From positions 11,180-75,179 of the forward strand of contig CAZBXY010000003.1 in assembly GCA_964495365.1 (NCBI GenBank): a DNA stretch of 64,000 bases. The letters run 5' to 3'. Below the pieces are notes generated by a model that was given only the letters and a program-made list of their open reading frames with translations, was not told where the DNA came from and ran no database searches. A program made the translations under genes and the position numbers. Shown piece by piece: positions 7,270-16,388 of the stretch. The DNA is from an uncultured Frigoriglobus sp. Its GTDB lineage: Bacteria; Planctomycetota; Planctomycetia; Gemmatales; Gemmataceae. Positions within the stretch are counted from its first letter, which is position 1. Every line of letters begins with the position of its first letter.

Positions 7270-9780
7270 ATGTTATCCATCGCGGCACTTTCCGGGGGTC
7301 AGGGCAACTACTACCTGGCTCTCGCCCGTGACGACTATTACCTGAAAGGCGGTGAGCCTCCGGGGCAGTGGCTCGGCAAGGGGGCCGAGCGTCTCGGGCT
7401 TACCGCTCAGATCGGCGGACCAGAACTCAAGCAGCTTCTTCGCGGGTTCTCTTCAGACGGCACCCAGCCGCTGATTCAGGGAGCCGGCGGTCCCAAACAC
7501 CAACCGGGCTGGGACCTCACGTTCAGTTCACCCAAGTCAGTGTCGGCACTCTGGTCGCAGGCCGATCAGGACGTGCGGCGAGTGATCCAGGAGGCGCAAA
7601 CCGCGGCCGTCCGCGAGGCGCTCGACTACCTTCAGGACGCGGCAGCATTGACCCGGCGCGGCCGGGGCGGCCAGACGAGGGAGCCGACGGAACTGGTCGT
7701 CGCGGCGTTCGACCACGGCACGAGTCGGGCACAAGACCCACAGCTTCATACGCACTGCCTCGTCCTGAACGTCGGCGTGCGTGAGGACGGGACCACCGGG
7801 ACGATTCTCAGTCAGCCGCTCTACGCCCACAAGCTCGCCGCCGGGGCCGTGTACCGCGCCGAGCTCGCGAACCAGCTTGAAAAGCGGTTGGGAGTCGTGC
7901 TCGAACGGCGGCAGAGTTGGTTCGAGGTCCAGGGGATCCCGGCCAAACTGATCGATGACTTCTCGAAACGGCGGGAGCAGGTTGAGAAGGCACTCTCGGA
8001 ATGCGGCGCGACCGGAGCCAAAGCGGCGGCGAAGTTGGCCCTCGCCACACGCCAAGCGAAGGAGCATCTGCCGCGCGCCGAACTCCTTCCCGAGTGGCAG
8101 GAAGTCGGCCGGCGGCACGGTTTCACCTCCGAAAACGTCAACACGCTCATGGGGCGGCAACTACCAAGGCAGGATTTGGCCGCGCGAGTCGGGGCCTGCA
8201 TCTGGGCCGCGGCCGAGCGGATCACGCGGCAAGAGAGCCACTTCCCCGAACGCGAACTCGTGCGGCGCGCGGCCGAGGAAGCCCAGACGATGGGTATTCC
8301 CTCTTCGGCGCTCCGCCACATGATCAAGCAGGAACTCAGCCGGTCGCCGGAGTTTGTCTGTCTCGGCCGGTCGGACGGGGAGATCCGCTACACGACGCGG
8401 GAAATGCTCGCGCTGGAGAAGAAGCTGCTCACCCAGGTGGAGTCGCTCAAAAGTCTCCCCTCGACCCCGCTCGCCGAGATAACCATTCGGGCAGTCGAAG
8501 GACAACTCGCGGACGAGCAGAAGCAGGCCCTTCGGCACCTCACGCAGTCGGGTGGCTCGATCCAACTTGTTTCCGGCCTGGCCGGCACCGGCAAAACCTC
8601 CATGCTCAGCGCGGCGCGGGAATCTTTTGAACGCGAAGGGTTCGAGGTCTACGGGGCCTGCCTTTCCGGGAAAGCCGCTCAGGGGCTGGAAGAGGGGGCC
8701 GGGATCAGGAGCAACACGCTGGCGAAACTCCTCGGGATGCCCGAGGTCGGCTTTCGCGGCGAGTTGGACCGGGGGCCGCTCGACACGCTCAAGCATCACG
8801 CCCGTCAGGTGGGAAGGGCCGCGCTGGGCAAGAGCACTTGGCCGGTCGAGCCGATCCGGCTCTCGCCCAAGGCCGTGCTGGTGGTCGATGAGGCGGGCAT
8901 GGTCGGGACCCGCCAGATGGAACGACTGACCGAGAAGGTTCTCGCGGCGGGGGCTCGCCTCGTACTCGTCGGCGACGAGAAGCAACTCCAGGCGATCGAC
9001 GCGGGCGGGCCGTTTGGTTCACTCGGCAATCGACTCGGGCGGGCGACGCTCACCGAGATCCGGCGTCAGCGGGAGCCGTGGGCGCGGGAAGCGGTCAAAC
9101 AGATTGCCGGGGGCGAGGCGCGGGCGGCACTCCGGGAATACGCGAGTCGCGGCTTGATCACCGTGACGGAAGACCGGCACGAGGCGATGCGGGCGCTGGT
9201 CAACAGGTGGAAGCAGGATGGCGCGGTCAACCCGCGTGACCATCTGATCCTCGCGTCCAGCAACGCCGAAGCCTCTCGTCTCAACCGGATGGCGCAGACG
9301 CAGCGGGTGCTGGCCGGCGGGCTCGGCAAGCAGGCCCTCAGTATTGCAGGATCGGACTTCCACCACGGCGACCGGGTGCTGTTCACCCGCAACTCGAAGC
9401 GGTACGGGGTCCAGAACGGCTCGCTCGGCACCGTCACCGAGGTGGACGCGGCGAACGGAATCCTGACCGTCAACCTGGACCGGGGGAAGCTTGTGATGGT
9501 GCCGGTCCGGGACTACGCCCATCTCAAGCTCGGCTACGCCCTGACGACGCACAAAGCCCAGGGCGCGACCACGGAGAACGCCTACGTGCTGCTCGGCGGC
9601 CCGGGCCAGGACCGGGAGTTGTCCTACGTCCAGGCGTCTCGGGCGCGGGGAACCACCCGGTTCTTCCTCGACAAGGTGGAGGCGGGAGACGACCTGCGAG
9701 ACCTCTGCAAACAACTGGAGCACAGCCGGCAGAAGAATCTTTCCCACGACCTCCTGGAGCGACAGGGAAAGGAAAGATGA
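7270..9780 (+). CDS. MOBF relaxase-helicase (TrwC/TraI family)
   Basis: NYY...DDYY catalytic Tyr pairs, WDLTFSSPKSVS, H..SRAQDPQLHTHC (HUH); helicase motifs GLAGTGKT, VVDEAGM, GYALTTHKAQGAT. Confidence 0.95.
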   Translation: MLSIAALSGGQGNYYLALARDDYYLKGGEPPGQWLGKGAERLGLTAQIGGPELKQLLRGFSSDGTQPLIQGAGGPKHQPGWDLTFSSPKSVSALWSQADQDVRRVIQEAQTAAVREALDYLQDAAALTRRGRGGQTREPTELVVAAFDHGTSRAQDPQLHTHCLVLNVGVREDGTTGTILSQPLYAHKLAAGAVYRAELANQLEKRLGVVLERRQSWFEVQGIPAKLIDDFSKRREQVEKALSECGATGAKAAAKLALATRQAKEHLPRAELLPEWQEVGRRHGFTSENVNTLMGRQLPRQDLAARVGACIWAAAERITRQESHFPERELVRRAAEEAQTMGIPSSALRHMIKQELSRSPEFVCLGRSDGEIRYTTREMLALEKKLLTQVESLKSLPSTPLAEITIRAVEGQLADEQKQALRHLTQSGGSIQLVSGLAGTGKTSMLSAARESFEREGFEVYGACLSGKAAQGLEEGAGIRSNTLAKLLGMPEVGFRGELDRGPLDTLKHHARQVGRAALGKSTWPVEPIRLSPKAVLVVDEAGMVGTRQMERLTEKVLAAGARLVLVGDEKQLQAIDAGGPFGSLGNRLGRATLTEIRRQREPWAREAVKQIAGGEARAALREYASRGLITVTEDRHEAMRALVNRWKQDGAVNPRDHLILASSNAEASRLNRMAQTQRVLAGGLGKQALSIAGSDFHHGDRVLFTRNSKRYGVQNGSLGTVTEVDAANGILTVNLDRGKLVMVPVRDYAHLKLGYALTTHKAQGATTENAYVLLGGPGQDRELSYVQASRARGTTRFFLDKVEAGDDLRDLCKQLEHSRQKNLSHDLLERQGKER

Positions 9781-9862
9781 CGTCGCGCACCGTCCTGGTG
9801 CAGCGAGTCGGATGAGCGGCGGGAACCCCGCCGGACGTTTACGAGTGATTCCAGGGGAAAGC

Positions 9863-10339
9863 ATGAAAGCAATGTTCAGGATAAGTGGCGGACGCTGGTC
9901 CGCCGTGGTGAGCAAGGTTGAACCGGGGACGTTCGGGGATCCGGAACTCGACCTCCAAATAAAAATCTTCAGTGGCCGTGTGCAAATCATGTGCGAAGGC
10001 TTTTGCCCCGTGCAAAAGCGAGCGGCCGAGCCGAGCGATCCGCCGACCGTATTCGACTACGTGGGTCTGTTCGATTTTACCCTCTCCGACGCGGACATCT
10101 ACGACCTGCTCCATCTGATGTCGGTCACGGACACCCTGTGCCAGTGCCTTCACGACGGCGGAACGATTCCGCGGTTGTGCGCGCGGCACGGCTTCCGGCC
10201 CTTACGCAAACGGAAGCTGCGGCGTAAGCCGGGGCGGCCCAGCGCCCTCGCGATCGAGGCGGACGGCTTGTGGTTCCGTCTTCCTCCTTCGCTCGCTCAC
10301 GAAGCGAAAGGGGAATTGCGGGGCGGACTCTATCGGTGA
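9863..10339 (+). CDS. Hypothetical protein (paralogue of next gene)
   Basis: ORF downstream of the relaxase; shares S.GRW....S.VEPGT and DF.LS..D motifs with 10406-10855. Confidence 0.5.
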   Translation: MKAMFRISGGRWSAVVSKVEPGTFGDPELDLQIKIFSGRVQIMCEGFCPVQKRAAEPSDPPTVFDYVGLFDFTLSDADIYDLLHLMSVTDTLCQCLHDGGTIPRLCARHGFRPLRKRKLRRKPGRPSALAIEADGLWFRLPPSLAHEAKGELRGGLYR

Positions 10340-10405
10340 TGCGGGGCTGCACAAACTGCCGGGTGTGGCCGCCCGGCAGTCCCTCTTGCTGCCGGAAGGA
10401 AGGAG

Positions 10406-10855
10406 TTGACCGTGGAAGAGCTTTGCACTCTCAGCGCCGGTCGCTGGGGGATCGCCATCAGTCTGGTTGAGCCGGGGACTCTCGAACACCAACAAGGTGC
10501 CCGGCACGCCGTGACAATTCACTGCGATGACAAACCGTTCGCCGGGTACGCCATCACCGCGAAGCGTTGCGGAGATGGGACCTGTCTGGAAGAGCATCCG
10601 GACGATCGCCCGGATTTGGTGGACTTCGTCCTCTCGGAGCGAGACGTGCGGAGCCTCGAATTCCTTCTGGCCCGGGTCCACCAACTTGTTCGTGGATTCG
10701 GCGTGAGTGCTTCCGAGGTGAAGCGAAAGGTTCCCACGACGCCCTCGGACGAAGGGAAAGAGACAGAAGGCCGGTCGCTCCCCGACTCAAGGAGCCGAGC
10801 GACCGGCGAGGTCATCCCGATCGAGTATTCTCAGCGAAACGAGGCATTGCCATGA
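10406..10855 (+). CDS. Hypothetical protein (paralogue of previous gene)
   Basis: AAGGAG RBS, shared motifs with 9863-10339, stop overlaps the next ATG (ATGA). Confidence 0.5.
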   Translation: MTVEELCTLSAGRWGIAISLVEPGTLEHQQGARHAVTIHCDDKPFAGYAITAKRCGDGTCLEEHPDDRPDLVDFVLSERDVRSLEFLLARVHQLVRGFGVSASEVKRKVPTTPSDEGKETEGRSLPDSRSRATGEVIPIEYSQRNEALP

Positions 10856-11064
10856 TCAGTGTGCAGTTTAAGAGCTACGGCCCCGGGGCCTGCTCTTGGT
10901 GCCGGAAACAGCGACCCGAGGTGTTCGCGGTCGTCTTCGGTGACCAGTCTTTCAGCGGCCCGATGTGTTGGAACGATCTGCGGTGTGCGATCCGATTCAA
11001 GGTCACGGGCGACGACCAGACGCCTGCAAGCGGCCCTGTCGTGCCGCCGAGCAAAGACAAGTAA
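10852..11064 (+). CDS. Small Cys-containing hypothetical protein
   Basis: MISVQFKSYGPGACSWC...PMCWNDL; translationally coupled to the previous gene. Confidence 0.5.
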   Translation: MISVQFKSYGPGACSWCRKQRPEVFAVVFGDQSFSGPMCWNDLRCAIRFKVTGDDQTPASGPVVPPSKDK

Positions 11065-11106
11065 ACGAAACCGACGAGCGCATCGTTGGCCGGCCACAAG
11101 TCTTCC

Positions 11107-11265
11107 CGACCCCCGTCTGCAATCCGCAGACGGGGGTCGTTTCGATTTCCGAACCCGCCAACTTTCGGCAGGTCTCCTTGGAAGAAGTCGAACTTTCCCA
11201 CGCGCGTGGATCTTTGTGGGGAAGTGCTGGGCAAGGACCGGTGTCCGAAAAGAATCCGCCGGTCG
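11107..11265 (+). repeat. Intergenic module copy 1 (terminator-like hairpin + conserved boxes)
   Basis: CGACCCCCGTCTGC-AATCC-GCAGACGGGGGTCG-TTTCGATTT, then TTTCCCACG, GGGGAAGTGC, CCGGTGTCCGAA, GCCGGTCG. Confidence 0.8.
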
Positions 11266-11332
11266 CACCCCGGCCGCGATTGCGCGGCGGGGACTAAATG
11301 GCTTAACCTTTACCGAAGCGAAGGAAACGGAA

Positions 11333-12157
11333 ATGGCTACGAACTCGAAGATCGAATGGACCCAGCGCACGTGGAACCCGGTCCTGGGGTGTTCGATCAT
11401 CTCGCCGGGGTGCCACAACTGCTACGCGATGACGATGGCCCGGCGGCTCAAAGCGATGGCCCTGGCCGACTTCGCCGCAGGCCGGTCGCCGGGCCGCAAA
11501 CGCCACTACACCGACGTGATCGGCCCCGACGGGCGATGGAACGGCACGGTGGTACTCGTGCCGGAGGCCCTCGCCGACCCGCTCGACTGGAAGACGCCGC
11601 AAACGGTTTTCGTCAACAGCATGTCGGACCTCTTCCACGACAACCTGCCCGTCGATGACATCCGCCGGGTGTGCGAGGTGATGGCAACAGCCGACCGGCA
11701 CACGTTCCAGGTTCTCACCAAGCGGGCCGACCGGCTGCGGGAACTGCTGTCCGGCCCGCTCCGGGAGTACGCGGAACTCCCGCACGTCTGGTGGGGGACG
11801 AGTGTGGAGAACCGGCGTCACGGCCTGCCGCGGATCGACCACCTGCGACAGGCACCCGCGGCCGTGCGGTTCCTGTCCGTCGAGCCGTTGCTGGAAGACC
11901 TGGGGCCGCTGGACCTGACCGGCATTCATTGGGTCATCGTGGGCGGCGAGAGCGGCCCGCGGGCACGGCCGCTGGAGGCCGACTGGGCGCGGGCAGTCCG
12001 TGACCAGTGCGTCCGGGTCGGCGTGAAGTTCTTCTTCAAGCAGTGGGGCGGGCGAAACGTAAAGGCCGCCGGCCGCGAACTGGACGGCGTCACCTGGGAC
12101 GAGATGCCCGGTGCCCCGGACGAGTTACTGACGTTGTCGGTCCGGTCGCTCGAATAA
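11333..12157 (+). CDS. DUF5131 / phage Gp37-Gp68 family protein
   Basis: SKIEWT..TWNPV.GCS.ISPGCHNCYA, FVNSMSDLFH, FQVLTKR, FLSVEPLL, WVIVGGESG, FFFKQWGG. Confidence 0.9.
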   Translation: MATNSKIEWTQRTWNPVLGCSIISPGCHNCYAMTMARRLKAMALADFAAGRSPGRKRHYTDVIGPDGRWNGTVVLVPEALADPLDWKTPQTVFVNSMSDLFHDNLPVDDIRRVCEVMATADRHTFQVLTKRADRLRELLSGPLREYAELPHVWWGTSVENRRHGLPRIDHLRQAPAAVRFLSVEPLLEDLGPLDLTGIHWVIVGGESGPRARPLEADWARAVRDQCVRVGVKFFFKQWGGRNVKAAGRELDGVTWDEMPGAPDELLTLSVRSLE

Positions 12158-12199
12158 ACCCTGAGCGTGCCGCCAAGCCGCCCGAGCATAAATCCCTTC

Positions 12200-12353
12200 C
12201 GACCCCCGTCTGCAACCCGCAGCCGGGGGTCGTTTCGTTTTCCGAACCCGTCCTCATCCGACTCCATTTTGCTCCCCAGGTTTCCCACGAGTGAACGCCT
12301 TCAAGGGGAAGTGCCAAGTGAGGGTCCGGTGTCCGAAGGGATTGGGCCGGTCG
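12200..12353 (+). repeat. Intergenic module copy 2
   Basis: Same hairpin with few substitutions and the same four boxes at near-identical spacing as 11107-11265. Confidence 0.8.
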
Positions 12354-12417
12354 AAGCCGGTCACTTTCGAGTCACCCAAGGCCCCTCGTTATCCGTGAAT
12401 TGAAAAAGGAACGAACC

Positions 12418-13116
12418 ATGTCAGATGAACTGCGGGTGGTGAAGGGTGCGGCCACGCGGCTCCGCGACGGCAATCCGGAACCCCGTGTCCCGTGCGTGCT
12501 GCTCCTCGACGTGTCGGGTTCGATGAGCGGCGACAAGATTCAGGAACTGAACGCCGGTCTGGAAACGATCCGGACCGAGCTACTCAAAGACGAACAGGCC
12601 GCCCGCCGCGTGGAGCTGAAGGTGTTCACCTTCGGCGGAAGCGTGAAAGACGTGCAGGACTTCGTCCTACCGGCGGAGTTCAACCCGCCAACCCTCTCCG
12701 CGGATGGCGACACACCGATGGGCACGGCCATTCTACTGGGGATCGATTCGGTCCAGAAGCGCAGGGCGCGCTACGAAGCGAGCGACCTGGACAGCTACGA
12801 GCCCTGGATCTTCTTGGTGACCGACGGCGTGTCCACCGATCCGCCGGAGGTGATGGCCAGTGCGATCCAGGCCGTGCGAACGAACGAGAGCCAGCCGCGC
12901 GGGAAGCGGATCGCGTTCTTCGCCGTGGGCGTCGAGGGGGCGGACATGCAGAAGCTCGCCCAGATATCGAGGCGGCCGCCGCTCAAGCTCCGGGGCCTGA
13001 GCTTCGCTCGGATGTTCCGCTGGATCAGCCAGAGCCTGACCCGCGTATCCCGGACGGAGATCGGCGACCGGACGCCCCTCGTGAACCCCATCGCCGACGG
13101 CTGGGCGGAGGCGTAA
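12418..13116 (+). CDS. TerY/YegL-like vWA domain protein
   Basis: PCVLLLDVSGSM (MIDAS), GDTPMG, PWIFLVTDG, FFAVGVEGAD, F.W.S.SL. Confidence 0.88.
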   Translation: MSDELRVVKGAATRLRDGNPEPRVPCVLLLDVSGSMSGDKIQELNAGLETIRTELLKDEQAARRVELKVFTFGGSVKDVQDFVLPAEFNPPTLSADGDTPMGTAILLGIDSVQKRRARYEASDLDSYEPWIFLVTDGVSTDPPEVMASAIQAVRTNESQPRGKRIAFFAVGVEGADMQKLAQISRRPPLKLRGLSFARMFRWISQSLTRVSRTEIGDRTPLVNPIADGWAEA

Positions 13117-13118
13117 GC

Positions 13119-14345
13119 ATGCGGCTTCTCCTCGAACGGAGGGGCACCGAGGTCTCCCTTCTCCCCGCGATCAAGCGCGGCGGAGAAGGGAGCATCCACC
13201 CGGTTGCTGGTGAACCGGGTTTGGTCGCCAAGGTGTTCGCTCAACCGACCCGCGAGCGATCAGAGAAACTCCGGGCCATGCTCGACAACCCACCTATGGT
13301 CGCGGGCAATGCCCCGGTTGTCATCGCGTGGCCGCAAGACCGCCTGCTCGACCGGGCTGGGGAGTGCGTCGGCTACGTCATGCCCTACGTGCGGGACAAG
13401 GAACCCCTCTTCACGGTGTCCCACCCCGGAACGCGGCCCAGTTGGGCGGATCACTTGTGCCTGCTCCGTGCCGCGAAGAACGTCGCCCTCGCCGTGAGCG
13501 CCTTCCACCGGCACGGTTACGTTGTCGGTGATCTCAACGAGTTCAACATCCTCATCGGGCCGGACGCATCCGTGGCGGTGGTCGATACGGATTCGATCCA
13601 GGTGCGAACGCCGCGCGAGCTGTTCCGTTGTCAGGTCGGAAAGCCCGAGTTCACGCCGCCGGAACTCATTCGAAGCGGCATGTCTTTCAGTCAGGTGGAC
13701 CGGAATCTGCACCACGACGCCTTCGGTCTCTCGGTACTGATCTTCCTGCTCCTCATGGACGGCAACCACCCGTTCGCCGCGCGGTACGTGGGAACGGCCG
13801 GGCGGCAAACGCAGACGCAGCGGATCGCCCAAGGCCAGTGGCCCTACACTGCGCGGCGAACCAGTGCATACCTGCCGCGGCGGCAGGCCCCGCCGCTCGA
13901 AAGTCTCTCCCCTCGAATCCAGCAACTCATGCGGGACTGTTTCGAGGCGGGGCACACGAACCCGACCTGTCGCCCGTCGGCCGACGACTGGCACCGGGCG
14001 CTCGACGAAGCGGAAGTCGAGTGGAACGAGATCGGTGCGAGGCTCCGGTACTGCTACTACCGGGTGCTCAGACCACGGGGCTGGGCACGAAACCTCGTCG
14101 TCGTCCCCGAACGGCTTCGGTCGGCGGCGGCTCGCGTGCCGCGAAAGGTGTGGGTGCCGGCCGCGTGTGCCCTCGTCGTCACCTTCCTCGTCGTCGCGGC
14201 CGTCTGCTGGCCGAGAAGCACGGAATCGCCGCGACCGGGGAACGCAGGCAGTCCCACGAATCAGGGAACCCTGCGGGAAGTGGAAGGAGAAGAGACGCCG
14301 TGGCTTTGGAAAGAAGCCCAGCGGCTCAATCGGAAGCAAAGGTAG
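13119..14345 (+). CDS. YegI-like Ser/Thr kinase with C-terminal TM helix
   Basis: RGGEGSIH, VAKVF, IAWPQD, VVGDLNEFNILI, VDTDSIQ, VGKPEFTPPEL, DAFGL, GNHPF; hydrophobic segment near the C-terminus. Confidence 0.85.
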   Translation: MRLLLERRGTEVSLLPAIKRGGEGSIHPVAGEPGLVAKVFAQPTRERSEKLRAMLDNPPMVAGNAPVVIAWPQDRLLDRAGECVGYVMPYVRDKEPLFTVSHPGTRPSWADHLCLLRAAKNVALAVSAFHRHGYVVGDLNEFNILIGPDASVAVVDTDSIQVRTPRELFRCQVGKPEFTPPELIRSGMSFSQVDRNLHHDAFGLSVLIFLLLMDGNHPFAARYVGTAGRQTQTQRIAQGQWPYTARRTSAYLPRRQAPPLESLSPRIQQLMRDCFEAGHTNPTCRPSADDWHRALDEAEVEWNEIGARLRYCYYRVLRPRGWARNLVVVPERLRSAAARVPRKVWVPAACALVVTFLVVAAVCWPRSTESPRPGNAGSPTNQGTLREVEGEETPWLWKEAQRLNRKQR

Positions 14346-14395
14346 CCCGATGGTCGGGCTGCCTGGTTTCAGTTGTTACGAAGAAGGAAATACCC

Positions 14396-15154
14396 ATGAC
14401 AAGTTTTCGGGCCGTTGCGGCCCTCCTGACAGTTGTGATCGGGCTTGGCGGTTCGACGATTCTTGCCGGTGACACCGCTCCCGGAAGACAAGCCGAGCCG
14501 GGCTCCGAGCCGGAACTCGAACTCGCGGCCAGGGCCGCGAAGAAACTCGACCGCGATGAGCAGGCGTGGGCCGACGTGACCCAGAAACTGCAAAAGGCGG
14601 TCGAGCAGTACAACCCCGCCTCCCTGAACGTGCTGCCGGAAGGGCAGTCCCTGGAGGCGTTCCGCGGCTACTGCGGGAAGCTCATGGAGAGCGGCCGAAG
14701 CCTTCTCGCCCTCCACGACAAGTGGGGCCAGGCGAGCGAGGGACTCGACGACACCTTGCGAAAGGCACCGGCGTACTACAGGGCCGCTGGCAAGGCGATG
14801 CGGGAGAAGGCCGACACCATGAAGTTCGCCGTCATCAAGCAGCGCTACCTCCTCAGCGCCGACATCTGGGAGGAACTCGCGCAGAAAGCCGAGCAGCGGT
14901 CCAAGGATCTGGGCCTGGACCAGGGGACCAAGAAGGTGGCCGAACTGCTGCGAGAAGAGCTGACCTTCCTGGAGGACTTTTGCAAGACGCTCGATGCGCT
15001 GCCGGGCCTCTCAGGTGGTGGCGGCGACCGCTACGGGGAGTTGATGACGGTGCTTCGCAAGCACACGGAACGGTCGGACGAACTGGAGCGACAACTCAAG
15101 CTCTTCCGGGACAAACTCAAGACCGGTTCCCAGGCCGGAGACGGTTCCAAGTAA
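14396..15154 (+). CDS. Secreted alpha-helical/coiled-coil hypothetical protein
   Basis: Signal peptide (MTSFRAVAALLTVVIGL), AAGGA RBS, charged helical body. Confidence 0.65.
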   Translation: MTSFRAVAALLTVVIGLGGSTILAGDTAPGRQAEPGSEPELELAARAAKKLDRDEQAWADVTQKLQKAVEQYNPASLNVLPEGQSLEAFRGYCGKLMESGRSLLALHDKWGQASEGLDDTLRKAPAYYRAAGKAMREKADTMKFAVIKQRYLLSADIWEELAQKAEQRSKDLGLDQGTKKVAELLREELTFLEDFCKTLDALPGLSGGGGDRYGELMTVLRKHTERSDELERQLKLFRDKLKTGSQAGDGSK

Positions 15155-15239
15155 AGAGTGGAATAAGCCGGTGTGCCCTTCCTCGGCCAAGAGGGAGGGC
15201 ATTTCGATGCGCCACCATCCGGTGGCAAGGAGTAACCAC

Positions 15240-16313
15240 ATGCGACGAGCGATTGCGGCGGCTTTGGCCGCTGTCAGCATACTGGCCTTGGGTGGGCGGA
15301 ACCTCTTCGCGGGAGATGACACCTCCGGCGACAAGCTCCCGGAACCGGCCCTCCAGTTTGCGAAAGAGGCGACCCGCCACCTCACCGAGGCCGAGCGGGA
15401 ATGGGTAAAAATGGCGGAGCGCCTGGCAAAGAGTCAGGCGGATTTTACGGTCGCGGACCGAACCGACTCGGACGGTTTGCTCCGCGACGAGGCGAGCCGG
15501 CTTCTCGCGTCCGCGAAGAAGCTACTCGCTGACCGAAAGCAGATGAGTACCAACCTGGACCGATTCAAGGACGCGCTGAAGAAGGCAGCCGTCAATTACC
15601 GCGAGGTGGCGGCCCTCTACAAGTCCCACGCCGGGAAGACGCGGTCGGAAGAGGTCAAGGAAGACTACCTGCAACTGGCGAAGGCTTACGAGCGAAAAGC
15701 CACGGCCGCAGCCGAGCGGGGCCAGAAGGTCGTGATGCCTTCCGGGACCGACGCCAAGGCCGAAGTCATCGAGGAAGGAAACCTCTTCCTCGAACGCCTT
15801 CAGGAGGCGCTGTCGGTTGGCCCGATGAACGAAACGGAACGCAGTGCCGTTGCCGCGCGGCTGAAGAAGCACGGGGTGCGCTGCAAGGCGCTGGCCGAGG
15901 AACTTCGCCGGGCAGTCGAAACGCTCCTTCAGAGTTCCGACTCGCCAGAAATCAGGCAGCAAGCTGGTGGTGCCGTGAAGACGGACGGATCGCTCGATGG
16001 GGCATCGTGGTCAGCCCCGGTCACGGTCGCCGGTGTGAAGTGCGTGACGGTCATCCGCTTCGAGAAGGCCGGCACCTGCTCGCAGTCCACCTATGTTCTG
16101 GGTCCAAACGGGAAAGGACGCCTCGTGGGGGGCGGCAACGGATCGTTCCGCCTCGATGCGGGCGGCACCCTCTCCTTCTACCAGGCCGGGATGCGAGTCG
16201 AGACGGGTACGATCTCGTTCCTTGGAAAGGATCAGTGGTCGTACCGGATTTTGGAAAACATCCTGGAATCGAAATTGGCGGGAACCCGGCTTACCTTCAC
16301 CCGCGAGCCGTGA
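15240..16313 (+). CDS. Secreted coiled-coil protein with C-terminal beta domain
   Basis: AAGGAG RBS, signal peptide MRRAIAAALAAV, helical region similar in pattern to the previous gene. Confidence 0.65.
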   Translation: MRRAIAAALAAVSILALGGRNLFAGDDTSGDKLPEPALQFAKEATRHLTEAEREWVKMAERLAKSQADFTVADRTDSDGLLRDEASRLLASAKKLLADRKQMSTNLDRFKDALKKAAVNYREVAALYKSHAGKTRSEEVKEDYLQLAKAYERKATAAAERGQKVVMPSGTDAKAEVIEEGNLFLERLQEALSVGPMNETERSAVAARLKKHGVRCKALAEELRRAVETLLQSSDSPEIRQQAGGAVKTDGSLDGASWSAPVTVAGVKCVTVIRFEKAGTCSQSTYVLGPNGKGRLVGGGNGSFRLDAGGTLSFYQAGMRVETGTISFLGKDQWSYRILENILESKLAGTRLTFTREP

Positions 16314-16388
16314 AGTTCAACGAGCGGAGCGGTCGCCTGCGACTCGCTCCGCAGTATCACTCGAATCACGAAAGGAACTGGTGGGAAT

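Noticed and set aside
11107-12232. The two repeated hairpins as CRISPR repeats or attC sites
   Set aside because: Only two copies 1.1 kb apart, no cas genes, and no R''/R' boxes or extrahelical-base pattern.
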